A stretch of DNA of 64,000 nt from an uncultured Clostridia bacterium. Its GTDB lineage: Bacteria; Bacillota; Clostridia; Oscillospirales; Ruminococcaceae. Location: contig CANQNY010000001.1 of the NCBI GenBank assembly GCA_947625335.1, positions 3,924 through 67,923 of the forward strand. The letters are read 5' to 3'. The notes beneath the pieces were generated by a model that searched no databases, was not told the DNA's origin, and worked only from the letters and a program-made list of their open reading frames with translations. Made by a program: the position numbers and the translations under genes. Below are positions 56,919 through 64,000 of this stretch, one piece after another (the stretch's first letter is position 1; every line of letters starts with the position of its first letter).

Positions 56919-56941
56919 GCTTACCTCCATCTGACAGAGTG

Positions 56942-57588
56942 TCAGTATTGTTTGCTCAAATCGGCATAGGTTATGGTGATTGACTTTATGATGTCGTTAT
57001 CGTCAAATTTTACACTAATATCATGGTTGTTAAGTCTTCCGCCTACTCTACTTTCGCCGTTTACAATACCGTAGTAATATGTTCCATATGATGAAATTTT
57101 CGTAGGAGTGCCGTATTTGTCTTCAACATCCTGTTTTGTGGTCACCTGAGGGACTAATCCCCCGATAGAGCAATCGCTGTCGTAAATCGTCAAGTTGTAG
57201 ATAATGCTTTCCTTCGGCTTTTTCTTATTTGTATTGTTCCAAAGCGGCGATATACATCATCTCACCATTATAATACATGTCTGCAAGGTACTGGTCGTCT
57301 CTGAGATACACATCTTCTTCGTCGTACAGCTTATATTTACAGCCCTTCGGAATATCTTTGAGTTTAACGGGAATTTCAATCGTCTGCCCCTTGATAACAA
57401 TTTCCTTACGAACGCGTTCAATGTCAAAAGCCGCTTTCATTGCTGCCGCCCGACAGGTCAGCCGAAGTGTCGCTGCTGTCCGCAGGAGCGGGCGGCGGCT
57501 CATTTTTGCACCCCGTCATTGTGCAGAGCAAAATTGTCGCGATAATAAGCGAAAATATTTTGCCTTTTAGCCTTAATTTACCAAACAC
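56942..57588 (-). pseudogene. frameshifted lipoprotein gene (three fragments)
   Basis: GTG 57588, lipobox MTGC, ...SGF then TGA; continues in another frame (FDIERVRK...) across the T4 run at 57426-57429; second shift near 57240 (NKKKPKESII...TIYDSD). Confidence 0.7.
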
Positions 57589-57665
57589 AGCAAGTCCATC
57601 CTTATTTAACAAAACAAGCCGATATTATAAAAATATCGGCTTGCTTTTAATCTCACATTCGGAAA

Positions 57666-57881
57666 TCAGAAATCAATATCGTTTACGGCAGATTTCGCCA
57701 GAGAAAGTTCCTTCTTCGGAATTCTCTTCAGCGGGTTGTACTCAAACTTCTTGCAGGAATCGTACGCCCTCACCTCGCCGAATTTCTCGCACATAATCTT
57801 CTCGCCGTCGGACGACTTCGCCATATTGCAATACTTGCAGGACGGCTTGATATTATTTCCAAAAAGTTTCTTTTTTGCCAT
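57666..57881 (-). CDS. small Cys-rich hypothetical protein
   Basis: SCKYC..CEKFG..SCKKFEYNPLKRIP; GGGAGGG RBS. Confidence 0.7.
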   Translation of the reverse strand: MAKKKLFGNNIKPSCKYCNMAKSSDGEKIMCEKFGEVRAYDSCKKFEYNPLKRIPKKELSLAKSAVNDIDF

Positions 57882-58062
57882 ATACTTTCCCTCCCAGAAA
57901 ACATAGCCGGAAAATCCGTCTCTTTAGTTCATTATATCACATTTCTTCAAAAATGTCCACTAGTTTTAACTCAATTGAGTGACAAATTTCAACCCCGCTT
58001 TTGTGGAATTTGCCTAAATTCCGCAAACTCCCGCCCCAAAAACACGTTCGGGCGGGAGAAAA

Positions 58063-58890
58063 TTATTCCTTGGAATATATAGGCATGGCGTTTTCCACAG
58101 CCGTTTTGCCGAAACCGTCGTCCAACGCGATAATGTGAAGAGCCCGCGCTCCCAGGAACGGCTTTGCACACTCGCCGAACGCCGTAAACAACTTCTGCCT
58201 GTCGCCCTTGAAGTCTACAACCAGCAAATAGCCGTTCTCGCCGTTGAGTTTTATCCCGCGCAGCCAAATTCTGCTTACATTGTGATTTTGCCGCGCCGTA
58301 TCGCACAGCTTGTTTGAAAGCTCCATAGGGTAGGGGCTCGGCACGAACACCTCTACGGGCGTATCGCTGTTTATAACATGGTTTGCGTGACCCTGCGTCA
58401 TTATCTGCTTATGTTCGTACCATTTAAGCAACAGCGGACGCGTAATCACCATATTATCAGAAAAAGGATTAAGCGCAATGCCGCTGCAATTCCCAATGCC
58501 CTCTATAATGGAGGCAATGCTGTCAAAATCCATAGACACCGTATAAGGCGTAGTTTCGGGATTTTTCCACTTCTTGAAATCCTCTGTATCGGTAAACACG
58601 GGAATAAAATGTTCCTTCCCGCTTAAAAGCATCATAAACGAAACATTCGACTTCTCCGAAACGAAAAGCTCGCCGTTTTCGCGGCTTTCCGGCTCTTTGG
58701 AAAGGCTTACCGGGACCAGCAGCTCTGCCCGCATAACAAGCTCGTCCGCAAGCTCGTTCATAACGTCCCCGTATGCTTTTTTATCGGGAATATTCTTCCC
58801 ATCGGGAGAAATTGCCGCGCGGCGGTCAAAAAGCTCCCGAAGTTTGGGATTATGAATTTCTTCATTAAGTTTCAAATTGTTCTGAGGCAT
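58063..58890 (-). CDS. SseB-family protein (SseB plus SseB_C)
   Basis: AELLVPV, FIPVFTD..F.KW, GIALNPF; C-terminal domain with YLLVVDF.GD...F. Confidence 0.85.
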   Translation of the reverse strand: MPQNNLKLNEEIHNPKLRELFDRRAAISPDGKNIPDKKAYGDVMNELADELVMRAELLVPVSLSKEPESRENGELFVSEKSNVSFMMLLSGKEHFIPVFTDTEDFKKWKNPETTPYTVSMDFDSIASIIEGIGNCSGIALNPFSDNMVITRPLLLKWYEHKQIMTQGHANHVINSDTPVEVFVPSPYPMELSNKLCDTARQNHNVSRIWLRGIKLNGENGYLLVVDFKGDRQKLFTAFGECAKPFLGARALHIIALDDGFGKTAVENAMPIYSKE

Positions 58891-58905
58891 AATTTTCACC
58901 TTTCT

Positions 58906-59709
58906 TTACGTTTGCAAACCATCAAGCTTTATCGCGGCAACCGAAATATCGTCGCGGCTGCCAGCGCGCGAACGGGTTTTCAAATGTTCTCCCAAAGACG
59001 CCGCCGAGCCGTTTTCCACCGCCGTCAGCACTCTTTTTCCGAACCTTAAAAAATCGCTTTCGTTTTTAAAAGAATTTATCAATCCGTCGCTTGAAAGCAT
59101 TACCCCCGAATAGCCGCCCTCTTTGTAAAAATAACGGAAGTTCCCGATAGCGTCGTTATCGCACAGCGAAGTCGTGAGATTTCCCACAAGTTTCGCGTCC
59201 TCGGGCATCGGGAAAATCATCTCACCGTCCATCATCGCGCAAAAGCTGCCGTCGCCTATCTGAAGTCCGAAACAGCCTTTTTTCGTCATTCCCGCGACAA
59301 TCAAAGTCGCCCCGTACATAACCTCGTTCGCTATCCCGCCGTACTTCTCGATAATCGCCCTTTCGCGCTCGTCGGGCGGCATAAGGCTTATATGCGCGGC
59401 AATTTCGCTGTTCCACCCGCAGATAATATTCGCCGCAACGCGCCGCGCGGTATTAGCGGGGTTTTGCGGGAAAATATCGTCCAGACCGCCGTTTCTGTCG
59501 TGAAAATCGCAGATAGAGCGTATAGCAACGCGCGTCGCCATTTCGCTCCCCGCCGCGGAACGAAAATGTTTCTCACTTCCGTGACCATCCGACACCGCCG
59601 CAACCGCGAAATCCTCCGCTATGAAAAAACGCGCGCTGTCCTGGCAGACCTCGCCCGCCTCCTCGTGAGACGCGCCCCTGACCGACAACGCGCAGCCTTT
59701 AAAGCCCAT
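58906..59709 (-). CDS. PP2C-family phosphatase (TerY-P type)
   Basis: SVRGASH...CQD, AVSDGHGS, QIGDG, NLTTSLCD, SSDG, RDDIS. Confidence 0.9.
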   Translation of the reverse strand: MGFKGCALSVRGASHEEAGEVCQDSARFFIAEDFAVAAVSDGHGSEKHFRSAAGSEMATRVAIRSICDFHDRNGGLDDIFPQNPANTARRVAANIICGWNSEIAAHISLMPPDERERAIIEKYGGIANEVMYGATLIVAGMTKKGCFGLQIGDGSFCAMMDGEMIFPMPEDAKLVGNLTTSLCDNDAIGNFRYFYKEGGYSGVMLSSDGLINSFKNESDFLRFGKRVLTAVENGSAASLGEHLKTRSRAGSRDDISVAAIKLDGLQT

Positions 59710-60446
59710 TACCAGCCTTCCTCAATATCGGCGGTGATCTCCGCGCTCTCCGCAAACTCGCGGATCTGCTCGGCAGCGGACTCCTGTTTTGTGCGGAAAT
59801 CTTCCTCGGTTTCGGCAAGGCGAACGCTGCGGCTGCCTATCTGAGAAGACGTTACCGCGACGAATTTAACGAGTTTCGCCAAAGCCTCGCCGTTATGCGC
59901 GGTAACAACGCTGTCGGGATTGCCGGTAAATCTTGACAGAATATCAAAATCCGCGTCCTCGCCGATAGCTACCGCCGCCTTTATGCCCGCCGAATACCAG
60001 CGGTTACGGCGCAACTCGTCCAGACCCTTTTCAAAATTATCGGTAGGATAGCCGTCCGACATAAGTATCATAACCGGCGCGAACGACAGCGATGGAGAAC
60101 TCATAAACGAGTTTCTTGAAAGCTTTGCCGAAAGCTCACAAAACGCGCTTCCCAAATCCGTGACGTTTTCCGCGTCAAGCGGTTTCCACTCAAACTCGTC
60201 AACAGACACGGGCTCGCTGTACATCCACTCGCACCCGCCCGAAAACTTCAAAACGGCTATCTTTATATCGGCGTCCGCTCCGCCTATTCCGCGTATTTCG
60301 GGAATAAGCTCCTCCATAACGGAATTTATCGTGCCTATCTTGCTGCCTCCCATGCTCCCAGAACAATCGATAAGGAAAAACAGCACCATGGACTTTTTGG
60401 CTATTTCTTCCGCGTCGTCAAACGGATTTAAAGGTTTGTCGGACAT
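59709..60446 (-). CDS. terY: TerY-like vWA protein
   Basis: LFFLIDCSGSMGGSKI, IAVLKFS, TDLG.A, MSDGYPTD, AVAIG..AD...L..F. Confidence 0.85.
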   Translation of the reverse strand: MSDKPLNPFDDAEEIAKKSMVLFFLIDCSGSMGGSKIGTINSVMEELIPEIRGIGGADADIKIAVLKFSGGCEWMYSEPVSVDEFEWKPLDAENVTDLGSAFCELSAKLSRNSFMSSPSLSFAPVMILMSDGYPTDNFEKGLDELRRNRWYSAGIKAAVAIGEDADFDILSRFTGNPDSVVTAHNGEALAKLVKFVAVTSSQIGSRSVRLAETEEDFRTKQESAAEQIREFAESAEITADIEEGW

Positions 60447-60506
60447 AACAATGCCTCCTGTGCAAATTCATATATACTGTAATTATACCATATTTTTCTT
60501 AATATG

Positions 60507-61238
60507 TCAAGAGTGTTTATCATCCTTCAGCAATTGTCGGAGAACCTGCTCACGGTGATTTATGAACAGGCTTGTTATGCGGTAAGTTTCGGTATCCTCA
60601 TACTCAACGGAATGAATTTCGCCGCCGTCGAACGAGAAAATTTCCGCGCCGGGGAGAGCCGTAAGTATCGGAGAATGCGTTGCGATGATAAACTGCGAAC
60701 CGCTTTTTGCACATTCGCAAATTTCGGACAAAACCGTGAGCTGCCGCTGCGGGGAAAGCGCAGCCTCGGGCTCGTCAAGGAAATACAACCCGTTCGGCTT
60801 CAAATTCTTCTGTGAGAGCGCGAGGAAACTCTCGCCATGGGATCTTTTGTGGTAATATTCGGGAATTCTATTGCCGAGCCTTGCGTATTCCTCCTCTGCT
60901 GTGGCGACGTTGTAAAAACTCTCGGCGCGGAGAAAATATCCCCACTTCGGGCGGGAAATTCCCCTTATAAGCTTTAACGCGCCGCATAGCTCGGAGTGAG
61001 AATCGTAAGTCGAAAAACTGTAGTTTAACGTGCCGCCTTCGGGATTAAATCCCGCCGCAACAGCTATCCCCTCTAAAAGCGTGGATTTTCCGCTGCCGTT
61101 TTCGCCTGTGAAAAAAGTTACCGAGCTTGAAAACCGCAGTTCGGAAAGATTTTCGAGAACCTCTATCCCGCGAAGATAGCTCTCCTGCGAAAACTTGTCC
61201 CGATTTACAAAAACGCTTTGAATAAATAAACCGTTCAT
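60507..61238 (-). CDS. ABC/AAA-type ATPase (COG3910-like)
   Basis: GENGSGKST, FLRAESFYN, SHGESFL, LDEPEAALSP, IIATHSP. Confidence 0.88.
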   Translation of the reverse strand: MNGLFIQSVFVNRDKFSQESYLRGIEVLENLSELRFSSSVTFFTGENGSGKSTLLEGIAVAAGFNPEGGTLNYSFSTYDSHSELCGALKLIRGISRPKWGYFLRAESFYNVATAEEEYARLGNRIPEYYHKRSHGESFLALSQKNLKPNGLYFLDEPEAALSPQRQLTVLSEICECAKSGSQFIIATHSPILTALPGAEIFSFDGGEIHSVEYEDTETYRITSLFINHREQVLRQLLKDDKHS

Positions 61239-61249
61239 AAAATCAACAA

Positions 61250-61786
61250 TTACTCCGGAACATAATCCTTGAAATAATCGACATCGTCGCCCTCGTCAAG
61301 CCAAAGCTCGAACCAGCCGAGAAAATCCTGCCTTTCATCGCAGGGCTGTACCCCCACGTCCGCAAAATTCCACACCTCGCCCGCGTGTTTACCCGAAACA
61401 ATAAGGTTGAAAGTCATGCCGTCGCCGAAATCGAGAATTTCAATTTCGCCGTTGTAGACTTTTTCATTTATTTCGCGCCAGACCTCGTCGTCGGGGCGCG
61501 GGTCGTCCTCCCACACCCACACGCCGTCCACCTCAAACGGCTTTGAATAGTCCCGCCGTTCTATCTTAGCAAGGCTTTTTAGCGCGCAGCCGCAAATCAT
61601 CTCGCACCCGTCGCCCACGCTCTGCAAAAACGCTTTGTACGCGGCGGGCAGCGTTATATTGCATTCACTCTCAAACCGCGCGATCTCCTCCTCGGAGCGG
61701 CACGCGCCCGGTTTTACGCTCCTTTCGGCGAGTTTCTTCTTTATCCGCTCAATGACTTTCCCGTAATCCTTTTCTTCGTAAATCAT
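61250..61786 (-). CDS. SMI1/KNR4-family protein
   Basis: EEEI..FE....I.LP..YK.FL...GDG; L..SG...GEVW; FL.WFE.WL. Confidence 0.82.
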   Translation of the reverse strand: MIYEEKDYGKVIERIKKKLAERSVKPGACRSEEEIARFESECNITLPAAYKAFLQSVGDGCEMICGCALKSLAKIERRDYSKPFEVDGVWVWEDDPRPDDEVWREINEKVYNGEIEILDFGDGMTFNLIVSGKHAGEVWNFADVGVQPCDERQDFLGWFELWLDEGDDVDYFKDYVPE

Positions 61787-61797
61787 AGTTATCCTCC

Positions 61798-62310
61798 TTA
61801 CAGATAATCCTTGATTTTTATATACTCGCGGAGAATTTCTTCCTCGGAAACCGCTCTGTTCGCGGGGCTTGTCGACGGCAGGCAAATATCCTCCGGAAAA
61901 TCGGGAAAATGCTTTTTATACAGCGCATGAGCCTTTTTCCCTGTCGTGAACACCGCCGTTATATTGCAAAAATCGAAGATAATTTTCAAATCGTTCGGAA
62001 TTTCCCTTTTTATGGAGCTGTCCGACGCGCCCGCTATCTCGCAGCTTTCGAGAACGTCCCAGAGGGCGATTTTATACGACAAACAAAGCTCCCGACGAGC
62101 ATTCACCGTATCGGGGATTTCCGTTTCCAAAACCGCGCAAAGCGTTTTCCAGAAACGGTTTTGCGGGTGCATATAATAAAAACCTTGCTCGCGGGACTTC
62201 GGCGAGGGAATTGTTCCCAAAATCAACACGCGCGAATTCTTATCGAAAACGGGCGGAAATTCGTGCGAAACGCGCCCATTTTGCCCTTTTTGTCCGTTTT
62301 CAGAACTCAT
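61798..62310 (-). CDS. uracil-DNA glycosylase superfamily, hypoxanthine (deoxyinosine) glycosylase
   Basis: LILGTIPS..S....FYY.HP.NRFW, ALWDVL, LPSTSPAN. Confidence 0.88.
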   Translation of the reverse strand: MSSENGQKGQNGRVSHEFPPVFDKNSRVLILGTIPSPKSREQGFYYMHPQNRFWKTLCAVLETEIPDTVNARRELCLSYKIALWDVLESCEIAGASDSSIKREIPNDLKIIFDFCNITAVFTTGKKAHALYKKHFPDFPEDICLPSTSPANRAVSEEEILREYIKIKDYL

Positions 62311-62587
62311 AATCAACGCTCGCAGACTGCGTTCTTATGCCCTTGCAAAACTCCGAAACCGCAACGTGCAGCGGGTTTGTGCTGTAGGATTTCAGCGCGT
62401 CCAAGCTGTCAAATTCCGACACGAGAACAGCGTCAAAACTCCTGTCCGAGGGGTTTATGTTTATCCCGACTTCCATTGCGCGGATTTCGGGGATCTGCCC
62501 TTTGAGCGCTAACAACTTCTCTCTGAAAAGCAGCATATTCTCGCGCTCGCCCTCCTTGAATTTCCACATAACGATATGTTTTATCAT
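62300..62587 (-). CDS. Dabb (stress-responsive A/B barrel) protein
   Basis: MIKHIVMWKFK, QIPEI, F.S...L..YS..P.H, SVDYE. Confidence 0.9.
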   Translation of the reverse strand: MIKHIVMWKFKEGERENMLLFREKLLALKGQIPEIRAMEVGININPSDRSFDAVLVSEFDSLDALKSYSTNPLHVAVSEFCKGIRTQSASVDYEF

Positions 62588-62604
62588 ACTTTCAAATCCT
62601 CCTG

Positions 62605-62958
62605 TTATCTTCCGTCAAAACGCTCAGTAATCTGCGGATCGTACAGCGGACAGCCGAATTTGCCCATAATATCAATTATCGCGTTCAGCGCGTCATACCC
62701 CGTGCTAAAGCTGCACTCGAAAATTGCTCCGCGCAACAGTATTTCCGCCGTAAACGAGCCTTTTTCGCCGCCGTCGAAACTGTTGTCGTCAAGCCGCTCC
62801 CACTCTTGAAAAAACTCCTCCAATCGGCTTAGAATTTTTTCTTTCGGAAGTTTTTCAAGTCCGTCGGGACTTTCTCCGCCGCAGAGTTTCTCGTAAACCT
62901 CTTGATTGTCGAGATAAACTCCGTCTTCATACTTCCAAAACGCCAAAGACCTTGCCAT
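62605..62958 (-). CDS. hypothetical protein (immunity-protein-like)
   Basis: ATG 62958 after GGAGGT; acidic alpha/beta protein ending C.LYDPQ..ERF. Confidence 0.6.
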   Translation of the reverse strand: MARSLAFWKYEDGVYLDNQEVYEKLCGGESPDGLEKLPKEKILSRLEEFFQEWERLDDNSFDGGEKGSFTAEILLRGAIFECSFSTGYDALNAIIDIMGKFGCPLYDPQITERFDGR

Positions 62959-63054
62959 AATTACCTCCAAATAATTTTTTTCATTATACCACAACGGCGA
63001 ATTTTTGTCAATAGAAAACGCCCTTCTCACGAAAGGCGTTTTTCCTTTTGTACG

Positions 63055-64000
63055 TCAGCCGACAACCTTATACTCTTTGTCCTCAACAGCTTTTTTCAGC
63101 ACCGCGAAATCCGTTTCCTCCGAAAGTATAACCTTCGCCGTGCCGTCGGTGTGGGAAACTATCGCCTCTTTGACGGTCGGGACAGCCTCCAGAGCCTTTT
63201 TCACGGTCGCCTCGCAATGACCGCACATCATACCCTCGATTTTCATTGTAACTTCCATAGAAAATTCCTCCTTGATATTTACAGGCTTATCGCCCGAATT
63301 AACGTTTTTTCGGCGCAGTTTTCTGTCGTGCGCCGTGCTGTAGATTTTCGTGAAATTGAGCCTTAATGCGTTTGTTACAACGCAAAAGCTTGACAAACTC
63401 ATCGCCGCCGCGCCGAACATCGGGTTCAGCCTCCACTCGAACAGCGGAATCCAAACACCCGCCGCAAGCGGTATCCCGATTATATTGTAAATAAACGCCC
63501 AGAACAGGTTTTCCTTGATATTAAGCAAAGTGCTGCGCGAAAGCCGAATTGCCGCGGGAACATCGGACAGCCTGCTTTTCACGAGGACAACATCCGCCGC
63601 GTCAAGCGCAATGTCCGAGCCCGCCCCGATAGCTATTCCTATATCCGCGCGGGTAAGAGCGGGAGCGTCGTTTATGCCGTCCCCCACCATTGCGGTTTTG
63701 CCGCGGACTTCAAGTTGCTTTATAACGTCCTCCTTGCCGCCCGGCAGCACTCCCGCTATAACCTCGTCCACTCCCGCAAGCCGTCCGACAGCGTCGGCGG
63801 TGCGCTTGTTGTCGCCCGTCAGCATTATCACGCGAATTCCCATATTTTTAAGCTCGGAAACCGCCCTTGCGCTGTCCTCTTTTATCGTGTCTGCAACCGC
63901 TATCATGCCGATCATCTCTTTCTCACGGCAGAAAAACAGCGGAGTTTTCCCCTCGTCGGAAAGCCTCTCGTAAACGCTCATTATTTCGGGCGGAATGTCG
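63055..64000 (-). CDS. copA: copper-type heavy-metal P1B ATPase (5' part outside window)
   Basis: MLTGDN, MVGDGINDAPAL, NLFWAFIYN...IPLAAG, AAMSLSS; C-terminal HMA GMMCGHC. Confidence 0.93.
   Translation of the reverse strand, partial: DIPPEIMSVYERLSDEGKTPLFFCREKEMIGMIAVADTIKEDSARAVSELKNMGIRVIMLTGDNKRTADAVGRLAGVDEVIAGVLPGGKEDVIKQLEVRGKTAMVGDGINDAPALTRADIGIAIGAGSDIALDAADVVLVKSRLSDVPAAIRLSRSTLLNIKENLFWAFIYNIIGIPLAAGVWIPLFEWRLNPMFGAAAMSLSSFCVVTNALRLNFTKIYSTAHDRKLRRKNVNSGDKPVNIKEEFSMEVTMKIEGMMCGHCEATVKKALEAVPTVKEAIVSHTDGTAKVILSEETDFAVLKKAVEDKEYKVVG

Overview
64-kb chromosomal segment of a Clostridia-type (Oscillospiraceae/Ruminococcaceae-like) bacterium; the taxonomy is inferred from gene content and promoter style. 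Housekeeping and regulatory genes: aspS; tRNA-Glu, -Met and -Gln; radC; cysK; rpiR-HI0933-cmk-plsC-ispH/rpsA; phoH-ybeY-dgkA; an HPr; a Na/Pi cotransporter; rimI; a partial copA. There are three c-di-GMP enzymes, a VanR_G/VanS_G-like two-component pair with a D,D-carboxypeptidase but no van ligase, and a TerY-P (vWA/PP2C/kinase/TerY-C) stress or defence system split across two operons. The top candidate for an undescribed system is a 7.1-kb intact, translationally coupled phage-derived operon (27945-35035) encoding portal, scaffold, major capsid, head-tail adaptor, head-closure-like protein, a 53-aa ORF, Dit-like, Tal/hub-like and fibre-like proteins. It sits between housekeeping genes and has no terminase, tail tube, tape measure, integrase, repressor, replication or lysis genes. 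This fits a domesticated, essentially tail-less GTA-like or capsid particle; an orphan endolysin-like GH25 gene lies 20 kb away. The second candidate is a protein with a HipA-N-like domain followed by six 37-aa repeats carrying a FliM-N-like (CheY-P-binding-type) peptide, next to a small alarmone synthetase. All family calls come from motif recognition by eye; no searches were run.
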